Source: an uncultured Bacillota bacterium
Lineage (GTDB): Bacteria > Bacillota_I > Bacilli_A > RFN20 > CAG-826
Assembly: GCA_949287245.1 (NCBI GenBank)
Contig: CASEFL010000001.1
Span: 138,973-202,972, forward strand
Direction of reading: 5' to 3'
Length of the DNA: 64,000 bases
The number at the start of each line of letters is the position of its first letter. Position 1 is the stretch's first letter. A program made the translations under genes and the position numbers. The notes beneath the pieces were generated by a model that did not search any database, had not been told where the DNA came from, and worked only from the letters and a program-made list of their open reading frames with translations. Below are positions 10,103 to 19,645 of the stretch, piece by piece.

Positions 10103-11275
10103 CTAAGAAAGCGAGAGAAAGCGTTCAAAAAAAGCATCCGCTAATGCCTGTCTTTTCTTTTTCTGCAAAAAATATTGTAAAAAACTACGAAACGTCTTGC
10201 TCAGAATAAAAAGAGATAAAAAAGCGCTAATAAAACCATAAAAGGAACTTCCTTGTTCATTGCCCCATAAGGCAAGAAAAGATAGACCAAATAAAGGAAG
10301 GAGAGAAGACAAATCAAATACCCGCAAGGAAAAAGCAAGTTTTGATGCGGTTTTGCTTAATTCTGCCCCTTTTTTATATGCGAAAGGTTCTTCTAACATT
10401 TTGGCCTCTTTCCTTTCTAGTTTTTCTTTCTCTTTTGTAAAGAAATGTTCAAGGGGAAAATAACAAATTTCTAAAAGCAAGATAAAACAGGAAGCAAGAA
10501 AATAACCAAAGCCAAAAAAAGATACATAGGTAAAAAGACAAAGGGAAACAAGCAACGAGGCAAAAGAAGAGATGGGGCCAAGGAATACGCTTCCCTTATA
10601 ACGTTGGAACAAAAAGTAGTCTTCGCTATTTCCTCTTTCCGGAACAAGAAATAAATGATCTTTTTCAAAACGATTTAAGAAAAGAAAAATCGCTCCTTCC
10701 CTTAATAGAAAGAGGAGAAAAGCGGTTAAAAAGAAGGAAAATGCATATAAAAGACGTGGATCTTCCTCTAGAAAATAAAAACCAATAAGAAAAAACACCA
10801 ATTCAAGAAACAACAAAGAAAGGAGCAGTGGTAGAGTAAAATAATCAATTAATTTCGGTCTTTTTGGAGGAATTTCTTTTCGATCAAAATACCCCTCACC
10901 AAAAATTAACGACCATTTTTTCATCAATTCTTTCCCTTTTATCCAGTATTTTCCTTTTGCAGGATCATCAAGATAAAAATATTCCTTTCTCTTTTTTAAT
11001 AAAACGACAAGATGTCCATCTTTTCCTTCATTTAACAATAAAAGCAAAGGAAAACGTTTTGCTTCCTCTAAACAATTTGCATAACAAGAACGTTTCCAAA
11101 TAAGATTTACTCCAGCCTGTTTGGCTAAAAAACTCAGCTCTTGTAAATCATAAGCACCTTCATGATCCCTTTTTAAATAACGCCATCCTTTTTGTTTAGT
11201 AAAATAAATAAGAAAGGAACGTGTTGCGGCGTATCCACAACTATCGGGTTTTGCTTGATAAACTGTACCATTCAT
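10103..11275 (-). CDS. Peptidase C39 (double-glycine leader peptidase) domain fused to a ~6-TM membrane domain; no ABC ATPase domain
   Basis: The N-terminal ~130 aa carry the C39 motifs Q-x5-C ('YQAKPDSCGYAA'), His ('DGHLVVLL') and 'DDPAKGK'. The following ~240 aa form hydrophobic TM helices. No nucleotide-binding domain is present in the ORF or in neighbouring genes. Confidence 0.7.
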   Translation of the reverse strand: MNGTVYQAKPDSCGYAATRSFLIYFTKQKGWRYLKRDHEGAYDLQELSFLAKQAGVNLIWKRSCYANCLEEAKRFPLLLLLNEGKDGHLVVLLKKRKEYFYLDDPAKGKYWIKGKELMKKWSLIFGEGYFDRKEIPPKRPKLIDYFTLPLLLSLLFLELVFFLIGFYFLEEDPRLLYAFSFFLTAFLLFLLREGAIFLFLNRFEKDHLFLVPERGNSEDYFLFQRYKGSVFLGPISSFASLLVSLCLFTYVSFFGFGYFLASCFILLLEICYFPLEHFFTKEKEKLERKEAKMLEEPFAYKKGAELSKTASKLAFSLRVFDLSSLLPLFGLSFLALWGNEQGSSFYGFISAFLSLFILSKTFRSFLQYFLQKKKRQALADAFFERFLSLS

Positions 11276-11310
11276 ACTCTTATATAGTTCTTATTTACCA
11301 AGAAGTGCCC

Positions 11311-11339
11311 TTAAAAAAGAAAAAGCGCCATAAGGCGCT
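11311..11339 (-). terminator. Rho-independent terminator downstream of rpsU
   Basis: Hairpin AGCGCC-ATAA-GGCGCT (11324-11339) followed on the minus-sense RNA by a U-run (plus-strand A-run 11311-11323). Confidence 0.6.
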
Positions 11340-11357
11340 AATCAAATTCTTTAGAAA

Positions 11358-11543
11358 TTACCACTTTTTACGGCGGGCCATTTCACTTTTTTGCTTCCGG
11401 CGAAGGGCGGTTTTGAGATAAAACTCACGTTTTTTCATTTCCATGACAACACCAGATTTATTCACTGCACGTTTGAAACGACGAATGCCTTCATCAACAT
11501 TTTCATCTTGACGAATTGTTACTTTAATTGCCATTCTCTTCAC
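11358..11543 (-). CDS. rpsU: 30S ribosomal protein S21
   Basis: 61-aa protein 'MAIKVTIRQDENVDEGIRRFKRAVNKSGV...ARRKKW', typical of S21. A GGAGGTG ribosome-binding site precedes it. Confidence 0.95.
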   Translation of the reverse strand: MKRMAIKVTIRQDENVDEGIRRFKRAVNKSGVVMEMKKREFYLKTALRRKQKSEMARRKKW

Positions 11544-11830
11544 CTCCTTCCCAAGACCTTCGCTATCATACTGATTTTTTTTCGAAAAAAAAGAGGAAAA
11601 ACAGCAATTTCCCCTTATTTTTCACTTTATTTAGCAAATTTCTAAAAATCAATTAGGCCATAAATTCCCCTTTCCCTGTCCTAAGAGAAATGATCTTCAA
11701 TAATTTTTACCAAAAGTAAGAACAAAAAGCACAAAATCACCTAAATCACGTCTTTAGGAAGCGAGTAAGATGCTCATTTTTGAGTAAAACTGTATGAATT
11801 TAACTACGCAAAAGCTCTTCGTTACCGTAT

Positions 11831-14257
11831 CTATTCCTCATCCATAAAATTTTTCTTTGAACAAAAATGCTTAATCGCTTTAAAGAAGTGGCCGTTTGCA
11901 ACATCACAAAATCCTCGCGCAAAATGGTAAGGGAACCGATTTTGTGCACACATGCTCATCGAATTTAAGGTGTTATTTTCTAAAATACGATAAAGAAAGA
12001 TAGCCCCTTTTATTTGATTATCCCGTTGAACACCTAAAGGCAGTTTTTTCGCTTTTCGATATTGCTTTTTTGCCATACTCAAAACAGCCAAACGCAAAAT
12101 ATTTCCAAAGAATGAATACTTAAAATCATGAAGTTTCGAATCCAGTGTATAAGGTTTAATTTTTCTTGAAGTAGGAATTTTTATAGGAAGTTCTTCTTCC
12201 AACATAGAAGGAGTAATTTCTCTAATCCTACCAAAGTTATATAAAGCAAGAAGGTTTTGTGAATAAGGAGAAGAAACCTCTTCCCCTTTTATTGTGATTT
12301 CTTCTTCATAACTTGTATCTTCCGCGTGATGAGCAAAAATAATCTTATATTTCCCGTTTAATAAAAGAAAACGATGTTCTTTAAGATGATAGGAGGCAAG
12401 GTCATTAATCGGAAAAGAAAGAGAAACAAACTTTTCTTCCTTTGGCTTTAAATAAACCTTACAAAAAGCTCGCAAATCGCGCTTCGATTGATAGATTTTA
12501 TCATTTGGGGAGGAAGAATATATTTGAACAACATCCGCCCCAGGATATTCACCGATATTTTTAACTTTTAAGAAAAGAAGTATTTTATCCTCTTTTTGCT
12601 CAAGAGAAAAATCAGACCATAAAAACTTGCTATAACTTAATCCATAGCCAAAAGGATATCGCGTAGGAATGTTAGCATTAAGATAGTAACGATACCCAAC
12701 AAGAATTCCTTCTTGATACACTTCATTTGGCGACAAACTATAGGTCTGATGACAAACAACATCACGATAAGAAAGTGGCCAACTTTCCGATAAATGTCCT
12801 GAGGGATTTGCTTTCCCAAAAAGCAAGTTATAGCATGCTTCTCCCCCTCCTTCTCCTGGAAGAAACATCGATAAAAGCGCATCAATTCCATCAATAAAAG
12901 GAAGTTCTACTGGGGAACCACCAAAAAGAACAAAAATAATCTTCTTCCCCAAACGAATAAGTTCATTAAGTAGTTTTATTTGATTCATAGGAAGAGACAT
13001 GTTTTCACGGTCTACGCCCTCACTTTCAATAAGATCAGTTAATCCCCCAAAGAAAAGAATGGGCTCGGTAGCTTCTTTTGCGGCATTTATCGCTTCAGAA
13101 AAGAGGGTATCCTCCCTTTCTCCTGTTTCTTGATAACCGCGACAATAAGCATAACAAACACCCTTTTCATCAAAGGCATCTTTTGGAGTCTTTAAAAAAT
13201 AGGGAAGAATCATGGATGAACCGGCCCCTTGATAACGCATCTTTTGAAATAAGTCCCCAATAACAAGATATTTTTTCTTTTCATTTAAAGGTAAAAGATA
13301 AGATTCATTTTTTAATAAAACAGCAGAATCAGTCGCAACTTTTACCGATAAATCGTAATGTTTTTTAAAATCACAATCATCAGGATAGTCTTTTTGGTAC
13401 TTTTGAATCATTGATAATAGACGATAACAAGCTTCATCAAGTACTTCTTCTTTTAGAAATCCATGATTAAGAGAATATTGAAGCTCTTCTTGGCAGACTA
13501 AGGTATCTCCTGGCATTTCAAGATGGCAGCCTGCTTCCAAACTTTTTTTGCGGCTATGCATGGCGCCCCAATCAGTCATTACTAAACCGTTAAAACCCCA
13601 TTTTTCTTGTAAAATTTCTCTTAAAAGATAGGAATTTTCACTGCAATAGACACCATTTACTTTGTTATATGCAGACATTACTGCGGCAGGATGTCCAATT
13701 TCAATCGCCTTTTGAAAAGAACGAAGATAAAGCTCATGCATGGTTCGCTCATCAACGATAGAATCGCCATTATTTCGGAAATTTTCTGAATTATTTAAGG
13801 CAAAATGCTTGATACATGCGGCAACGCCTTTCCTTTCAATGCCTAAAATCTCATTTCCTGCCATTAAGCCAGATAAATAAGGATCTTCGCTAAAGTACTC
13901 AAAGTTCCTTCCACCAAGGGGAGCGCGTTTAATATTTGCCCCTGGCCCTAAAACAACATGGATTTTGAAATGATGAGCTTCTTCCCCAATTGCCTGCCCA
14001 ATGGAATAAGCATTTTCTACATTCCAAGAAGAGGCTACAGTAACAGCAGTAGGAAAGCATGTTGCAGGAAGTGAGGAGGTTACCCCATTATCCCCCGTTC
14101 CCTTTTGCACCCGTAATCCGTGAGGACCATCTGACATCCTTAAAGAAGAGATTCCGTACTTTTCAAAAGACACGGTATACATAAAATTTGTCCCTGCAAC
14201 AAAACGAATTTTGTCTTCCTTAGGAAGGAGGAAAGTTTTTGAGTCTCTTGCATTCAT
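11831..14257 (-). CDS. Glycoside hydrolase family 3 beta-glucosidase (BglX-like, extended C-terminus)
   Basis: 808-aa ORF with GH3 N-terminal motifs ('MSDGPHGLR', 'KHFALNNSE') and a C-terminal fibronectin-like region. Confidence 0.9.
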   Translation of the reverse strand: MNARDSKTFLLPKEDKIRFVAGTNFMYTVSFEKYGISSLRMSDGPHGLRVQKGTGDNGVTSSLPATCFPTAVTVASSWNVENAYSIGQAIGEEAHHFKIHVVLGPGANIKRAPLGGRNFEYFSEDPYLSGLMAGNEILGIERKGVAACIKHFALNNSENFRNNGDSIVDERTMHELYLRSFQKAIEIGHPAAVMSAYNKVNGVYCSENSYLLREILQEKWGFNGLVMTDWGAMHSRKKSLEAGCHLEMPGDTLVCQEELQYSLNHGFLKEEVLDEACYRLLSMIQKYQKDYPDDCDFKKHYDLSVKVATDSAVLLKNESYLLPLNEKKKYLVIGDLFQKMRYQGAGSSMILPYFLKTPKDAFDEKGVCYAYCRGYQETGEREDTLFSEAINAAKEATEPILFFGGLTDLIESEGVDRENMSLPMNQIKLLNELIRLGKKIIFVLFGGSPVELPFIDGIDALLSMFLPGEGGGEACYNLLFGKANPSGHLSESWPLSYRDVVCHQTYSLSPNEVYQEGILVGYRYYLNANIPTRYPFGYGLSYSKFLWSDFSLEQKEDKILLFLKVKNIGEYPGADVVQIYSSSPNDKIYQSKRDLRAFCKVYLKPKEEKFVSLSFPINDLASYHLKEHRFLLLNGKYKIIFAHHAEDTSYEEEITIKGEEVSSPYSQNLLALYNFGRIREITPSMLEEELPIKIPTSRKIKPYTLDSKLHDFKYSFFGNILRLAVLSMAKKQYRKAKKLPLGVQRDNQIKGAIFLYRILENNTLNSMSMCAQNRFPYHFARGFCDVANGHFFKAIKHFCSKKNFMDEE

Positions 14258-14505
14258 CGCGTTTTCATTTTATATAACAATTAAAAATTTACCTATCGAA
14301 TTTTAAGAAAAGAAATATTTAATCAATTTTCTTAATTATTGCCTAAGAAAAGAATCGTTTCCTATTTCCCTAATTCCCATCAGACAATCTATTTTTACTT
14401 TTGAGACTAAAATATTTTTAAGAATATGAAAAGAATACAAAACTATATACCCATATAAAGATGGGAAAATATAACAAAATAATGAAAAAATTGTCTTTTT
14501 ATGAA

Positions 14506-15339
14506 CTAAAAACAGCAAATGATACCGCCTTCTAAGGAATAAAAGGCCGCTAAACCACGATTTTCGACAACCTTAATTTCTTTAAAAGGATAACGTTCTT
14601 GAATCGCATTTTTTAATGTTAAGGCTAAATCTGGTGCTTCGGTATGAGAAATGATGCACATTCGTTGTTCGAAATCGGAACCCATTTTGCCAATATTAAC
14701 AACAAGGCGTTTGAAAACTCCTTGAATCGTGCGTACTTTTTCTTTGATTTTAATTTCCCCTCCATCCCCATAACAAAGAGGCTTAATCCCAATTAATTGG
14801 GCGATTAAGGCGGTCACCCGGTTCATACGTCCATTTTTGATTAAATTATCAAAACGATTTAAAACAAATAATAAATTTAAAGTATCACGATATCCAAAAA
14901 GACAAGACTTTAACGTTTCAAAATCCGTTCCTTTTTGAATCTCTTCAACCGCTTTTAAGACAAGTTGTTCCATCGTTCCGCAAACAAGTTTTGAATCAAT
15001 CACAAGGACATTATCAGGAAATGCATAGGCTTCTTTTGCTAAACATGCACTTTGATAAGATCCACTTAGTTTTGATGAAATGGTAATGAGGATGTAATAT
15101 TCCGCATCTTTCATTTCCTTTAAATAATCACCAGGCGAAGGACAGGCAGTAGTAGCTTTTCCAGGAAAAGAAGAGAGTTCTTTTAGCATTTTTCCTACAT
15201 CAAGACTTGCATCATCGATATATTCTTTTCCATTAAAGCGGATAGTTAAGGGTGCAACAGCAAAACCAATATCGGAATATCCTGATAAATAAGTAGGAAG
15301 TAAATTTGAGGAGGAATCAACGATAATTTTATATTTCAT
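14506..15339 (-). CDS. DegV-family fatty-acid-binding protein
   Basis: The DegV fold signature is present (start at 'MKYKIIVDSSSNL'). The ORF extends further upstream, but the internal Met is the start. Confidence 0.85.
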   Translation of the reverse strand: MKYKIIVDSSSNLLPTYLSGYSDIGFAVAPLTIRFNGKEYIDDASLDVGKMLKELSSFPGKATTACPSPGDYLKEMKDAEYYILITISSKLSGSYQSACLAKEAYAFPDNVLVIDSKLVCGTMEQLVLKAVEEIQKGTDFETLKSCLFGYRDTLNLLFVLNRFDNLIKNGRMNRVTALIAQLIGIKPLCYGDGGEIKIKEKVRTIQGVFKRLVVNIGKMGSDFEQRMCIISHTEAPDLALTLKNAIQERYPFKEIKVVENRGLAAFYSLEGGIICCF

Positions 15340-15487
15340 ATGCAATTTCCATTTTAAAGATAAATCCGAAAACAACACTAGACGAAAAGAGAAAAAAGGC
15401 AAGCAAAATTAATGAAAAACTTGAAATATTTCGCAAAGTTAAAATGGTTAAGATTTTGTCCCGTTTTTCTTTTTAAAAGAGGAAAAA

Positions 15488-16510
15488 TTAAACGGAATTC
15501 TTATTTTTTAAAGACAAAACCATTTCATAGGTTTCTTTTAATTTTTCCCCAACGCGGAATAAGGAACGTTCTTCGGCTACACGCCAACCCTCTTCTAGAA
15601 TTTCGCAATTTTTTCCCTTTTCCCGAAGTGAAGAAATAATATTCTTAAATTCATAGGGTGTATTTCCCATATAACAATTTTTCTTATCCGTTAACCAAGA
15701 GGAAAATACGGGAATCGGGCGTACAATCAAAGGAGTTTTGCTCGCTAAAGCTTCAAGAGCGACTATGCCTTCTGTTTCTTCATACGTAGGAAAAAGAACC
15801 GCCAAAGCTCCTTGATAACCCCCTTTAATCAAATCTCCTTTGCAATATCCAGGAAATGAGACGTTTTTTGGCGCATTTTTCATTGCTTTTAACACTTTTT
15901 GTTCCGTTAGAATTTTTTGCAGACTCCCTAACCAAAGAAAGCGGACATCAGGAAGTAAGCGGGCGGTTTCAATAAAATCAAAAATCCCCTTACGAACAAA
16001 AGGAAAACCAACACCTAACACATAAGGTTCATCACCTAATTGGAATTTTTCACGAAACAAAGCCACTTTTGTCTCATCCGCGGCATATTCTTCTAAATCA
16101 ATGCCATTTGATATATCTTTTATTTGACTTGGTGCAAGAAATTTTGTTAAAAGTTCTGCTGCATAAGGGGTAGGCGTGATAATAAAATCCGCATTCGTAT
16201 ACATTCTTCTTAAGAAAAAACGATAAAAAGGCTCTATAAGTTTCCAAAAACGGAAACTATTTTGGAAATCTTCATATGTACTATGACCGTGAACAATAAC
16301 AGGGATACCTTTTTTCTTACATTTTCGCAAAAGAGAATAACTTTTTGGCCAATAGGTATTGATATGAACAAGATCAACATCGCATTCTTCAAAAGAAGTA
16401 GTAGTCTCAACACCGGCAAAAGATAGGGCCCGTAATTGATGGGACATTGCGCGCCCAATTCCCGAACGAGCAATATGCTCCTGCCCTTCAAAATAAATAC
16501 AAACTTTCAT
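15488..16510 (-). CDS. GT4-family glycosyltransferase (glycolipid/MGS-like synthase)
   Basis: 340-aa ORF with a GT-B fold and the C-terminal E-x7-E motif ('EETEGIVALEALA'). It overlaps deoC by 4 nt. Confidence 0.8.
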   Translation of the reverse strand: MKVCIYFEGQEHIARSGIGRAMSHQLRALSFAGVETTTSFEECDVDLVHINTYWPKSYSLLRKCKKKGIPVIVHGHSTYEDFQNSFRFWKLIEPFYRFFLRRMYTNADFIITPTPYAAELLTKFLAPSQIKDISNGIDLEEYAADETKVALFREKFQLGDEPYVLGVGFPFVRKGIFDFIETARLLPDVRFLWLGSLQKILTEQKVLKAMKNAPKNVSFPGYCKGDLIKGGYQGALAVLFPTYEETEGIVALEALASKTPLIVRPIPVFSSWLTDKKNCYMGNTPYEFKNIISSLREKGKNCEILEEGWRVAEERSLFRVGEKLKETYEMVLSLKNKNSV

Positions 16511-17184
16511 CGTCTTGCACTAAGAAGTTCTTCCATAATGTCCACAGAAGCAGAACAACCTAAGCGGTTTGCGCCACTATCAATCATCCGATAGGCTTCT
16601 TCTAAAGTATGAATTCCTCCAGAAGCCTTGACGCCCATTGAATCACCAACGGTATTTCGCATTAACAAAACGTCTTTGGCTTTTGCGCCCCATTTTCCAA
16701 AACCAGTGGATGTTTTAACAAAATCAGCACCCGCTCTTTTTGCAGTTAAAGCGCTTTGAATAATTTCTTTCCTTTCTAAATAACAAGTTTCAAGAATAAC
16801 TTTTAATACAATGTGACGGTTGGGAGATACATCTTCTAAAGCTTGTTTGACTTTCAAAATTTCCCCCTCGATAAACTTATATTCCCCAGCATGAACCATG
16901 GCAATATTTTGCACCATATCGATTTCATCGGCTCCCGATAACACCGCTTCTTTTGCCTCACGAGCCTTTTGTTGAGGAGTTGTTTGGCCTAAAGGAAAAC
17001 CAACAACAGTGCAAACCTTAACATCGCTTTTTTGTAAAAGACGTGCGGCAACAGGAACATAAAAAGGATTCACGCATACGCTCATAAATTGATAGCGCAT
17101 CGCCTCATAACATAAACGCGTGATGTCGGCTAAAGTTGCATCAGCCTTCAAATTCGTATGGTCGAAATATTTGCTAAATCTCAT
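16507..17184 (-). CDS. deoC: Deoxyribose-phosphate aldolase
   Basis: 225-aa ORF with a TIM-barrel DeoC signature, including the Schiff-base lysine context 'DFVKTSTGF'. Confidence 0.9.
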   Translation of the reverse strand: MRFSKYFDHTNLKADATLADITRLCYEAMRYQFMSVCVNPFYVPVAARLLQKSDVKVCTVVGFPLGQTTPQQKAREAKEAVLSGADEIDMVQNIAMVHAGEYKFIEGEILKVKQALEDVSPNRHIVLKVILETCYLERKEIIQSALTAKRAGADFVKTSTGFGKWGAKAKDVLLMRNTVGDSMGVKASGGIHTLEEAYRMIDSGANRLGCSASVDIMEELLSARR

Positions 17185-17242
17185 AGGAACTCCCTTCCCG
17201 TAAATCTTTACTAATCATACAACTTTTTAAAATATTCCACAT

Positions 17243-17267
17243 AATAAAAAACGCGCCAAAGCGCGTC
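17243..17267 (-). terminator. Rho-independent terminator downstream of rpmF
   Basis: Hairpin ACGCGC-CAAA-GCGCGT (17251-17266) with a U-run on the minus-sense RNA (plus-strand A-run 17243-17250). T-rich on the plus side too, so possibly bidirectional. Confidence 0.6.
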
Positions 17268-17274
17268 TTTCTTT

Positions 17275-17463
17275 TTATTCTGCGTCCTTCTTCAAATGAA
17301 GAATATCTTTTCCTTTATAGTAGCCACAGGCACGACAAACGTGGTGTGGGCGGACTAAAGCGCCACAATGGGGGCAAGCAATAAGACCAACAGGATTTAA
17401 TTTATAATGTCCACGACGTAGACGTTTTGCCGTCTTACTCGTTCTTCTTTGAGGTACAGCCAT
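17275..17463 (-). CDS. rpmF: 50S ribosomal protein L32
   Basis: 62-aa protein '[19 protein letters not shown]...CPHCG...HHVC' with the L32 zinc-ribbon motif. Confidence 0.95.
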   Translation of the reverse strand: MAVPQRRTSKTAKRLRRGHYKLNPVGLIACPHCGALVRPHHVCRACGYYKGKDILHLKKDAE

Positions 17464-17490
17464 TTCTCTTCTCCTTTCAAATCGGTCGCC

Positions 17491-17518
17491 ATTATAAGGA
17501 AAGAATTTTCCTATGCAA
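17491..17518 (-). promoter_or_regulatory. Putative sigmaA promoter of rpmF (-35 TTGCAT, 16-nt spacer, -10 TATAAT)
   Basis: Minus-sense TTGCAT(17518-17513)-16 nt-TATAAT(17496-17491), followed about 26 nt later by the AAAGGAG ribosome-binding site and the ATG. Confidence 0.5.
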
Positions 17519-17570
17519 GTTTAGTTTAGACAATGTATTAATTTACTACAATTTTATTAGATATCATCTT

Positions 17571-18839
17571 TCAAGAATCATACTTATCGACTTCTTCTTT
17601 TTTTATAAGAATAGGCAGAATATCACCAACTTTTGCCCCAATAGCAGGATGAGCAACTCGTAAATAGCAAGAAAGATGACCATAAGCAATCCCTTCTTTA
17701 ACTTTCTCGACAAGAAGAGTTTCTTCCTTCCCATCCATTTCTTGAATATAAATATCTTCTAAATAGGAAGATAAATTCATAATCTCTTTTGTTCTTCCTT
17801 TCCGTACTTCAAAAGGAATATCCGGAAGATAGGAAGAACGTGTACCTTCTCTTTTGCTATAAGGAAAAACATGAATGCGAGAAAACTTCATTTCTTTTAA
17901 AAACGAAAGTGTTTCTTGATGTTCTTCTTCGCTTTCTAAAGGAAAACCAGCGATAACATCGGTAGTAATGCTTATATCAGGACGAACTTCCCTTAAGCGC
18001 TTAATTGAGGATGCGAATTGATCAGGCGTATATTTCCTTTGCATTCTCTCTAGTACGCTTTTTGAACCACTTTGAAGAGGAATATGAAGATGAGCGGCTA
18101 ACCGTTCTTCTTTTTCGTATAAAGATAATAAATCCTCATCTAATTCGCTTTCCTCTAAAGAGCCAAGGCGTAAACGGTGAAGACTTGGGCAAGAAGCTAA
18201 AATTTCTTTGCATAAAGAGGCAAGATTCATTCCTTCTTCTTTCCCATAAAAACCAATATGGGTTCCCGTTAGTACAAGTTCTTTTACCCCAAAAGAAGTG
18301 AGTAAAACCGCTTCCTTAATAACCTCTTCTTTTTTTCTTGAACGAGGATTTCCGCGTAAAAAAGGAATAAGGCAATAAGAACAAAAATTATTACACCCAT
18401 CCTCAATTTTTAGTGTCGCTCTTGCGCCTTCTAGCAAATGAGCAGCACCAAGTTCTTCATACCTTCTCTTTTGCAAAGGAAGCAAAGGAAAATGTGTTTT
18501 TTCATCTTGGTAATAAGCTTTTATAAGAGCTTGAATTGCTTCCTTTCGCGAAGTCGTCCCTAAAAGTACATCACTTTCAAGAAAAGGGTCTTTATGGTGT
18601 TCGGATGCACAGCCCATGACAAGAATTTTTGCCTTTGGAGCAACTCTTTTGAAACGATGAAACATTTGCCGAGATTTCTTTTCCGATAAAGAGGTTACGG
18701 CACAGGTATTAAGAATAATTAAATCAGCATCCTCAGGAATAAAGACGATTTCCCCACCTTTCTCCTTTATTTCTTCTGCTAAAGCGCTTGTTTCATATTC
18801 ATTGGTTTTACAACCTAAAGAATGACAATACACTTTCAT
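17571..18839 (-). CDS. mtaB: Radical-SAM tRNA methylthiotransferase, MtaB/YqeV-like (MiaB family)
   Basis: 422-aa ORF with an N-terminal MTTase Cys triad (C..C..C), the radical SAM 'CNNFCSYC' motif and a C-terminal TRAM domain. Context rsmE...mtaB matches Bacillus yqeU–yqeV. Confidence 0.85.
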   Translation of the reverse strand: MKVYCHSLGCKTNEYETSALAEEIKEKGGEIVFIPEDADLIILNTCAVTSLSEKKSRQMFHRFKRVAPKAKILVMGCASEHHKDPFLESDVLLGTTSRKEAIQALIKAYYQDEKTHFPLLPLQKRRYEELGAAHLLEGARATLKIEDGCNNFCSYCLIPFLRGNPRSRKKEEVIKEAVLLTSFGVKELVLTGTHIGFYGKEEGMNLASLCKEILASCPSLHRLRLGSLEESELDEDLLSLYEKEERLAAHLHIPLQSGSKSVLERMQRKYTPDQFASSIKRLREVRPDISITTDVIAGFPLESEEEHQETLSFLKEMKFSRIHVFPYSKREGTRSSYLPDIPFEVRKGRTKEIMNLSSYLEDIYIQEMDGKEETLLVEKVKEGIAYGHLSCYLRVAHPAIGAKVGDILPILIKKEEVDKYDS

Positions 18840-19645
18840 AATAAATCTTCCTCAATAAGTGATGGCGCGGGAAGAGAAAGGCGTAATCTTGCTTTTCGAT
18901 AACGCATCAGTACTTCACGAGAAACAAGTTTTCCTCCTAAAAGATAACGATAAAAAGAGTCTTGATCGTTATGGAAATAGGCTTCTGCCACACGTTCAAT
19001 CCGCTTCATAACATGGGTTTTGCCAGGGTTTTTTAAAAACCGATCAAAGAAGGCCAAAGAAGCTTCTAATCGGCCTTGAGGAGTAATGAAATAAAGCCGC
19101 TCCGCATCATAATCATACATAGCTAAACTTTCTTGATATTCATATACGCGAACCAGTTTAGTGAAGTAACTATCAAATAAAGATGCTCCCCAATAATCAA
19201 ATGGATCCATAAGGATGGAATCAAAATCTCGTAATAAACGAGTATAAGGAGGAATTTCCATCTTAAAAAAATCAACAGCGTAAATCCGATTTAATGCGCG
19301 AGAAAAAAATGGGATAAAAATCTTTTCCCCTTGGTAATCATAATAAGGGAGTTCCGCCATTGCTTCTTTCATATATATATCAACTGGCAAGTTGTTTTCT
19401 TCTTTCTCAGAAAGTCGAACTTTTGCAAGATAAAGACGTTCAATTACCCTTTTATTTACAAGTGCACGAAGAATAATATTGCTTCGCGTAACCTCAAAAG
19501 AATTCATGGGATGTTGATAAAGTTTAAAGGGCTCATGTGCAGATAAAAGATAAGAATTTTTATCAAAAAAAGTAGCCTCTGTCCCATGGGAAAAAGGGGT
19601 GGCACGTTTATTCTTCTCTAAAAAATCAAAAATATTTAACGCCAT
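18836..19645 (-). CDS. Hypothetical protein (no recognisable domain)
   Basis: 269-aa ORF translationally coupled to both rsmE (10-nt overlap) and mtaB (4-nt overlap). I could recognise no motif. Confidence 0.5.
   Translation of the reverse strand: MALNIFDFLEKNKRATPFSHGTEATFFDKNSYLLSAHEPFKLYQHPMNSFEVTRSNIILRALVNKRVIERLYLAKVRLSEKEENNLPVDIYMKEAMAELPYYDYQGEKIFIPFFSRALNRIYAVDFFKMEIPPYTRLLRDFDSILMDPFDYWGASLFDSYFTKLVRVYEYQESLAMYDYDAERLYFITPQGRLEASLAFFDRFLKNPGKTHVMKRIERVAEAYFHNDQDSFYRYLLGGKLVSREVLMRYRKARLRLSLPAPSLIEEDLL

Noticed and set aside
11544-11830. 287-nt region upstream of rpsU as a possible ncRNA or riboswitch
   Set aside because: No conserved riboswitch motif or stable structure was recognised. 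It probably holds the GH3 3' UTR and the rpsU promoter. TATGAT lies near the ribosome-binding site, but the -35 is poor, so no call was made.
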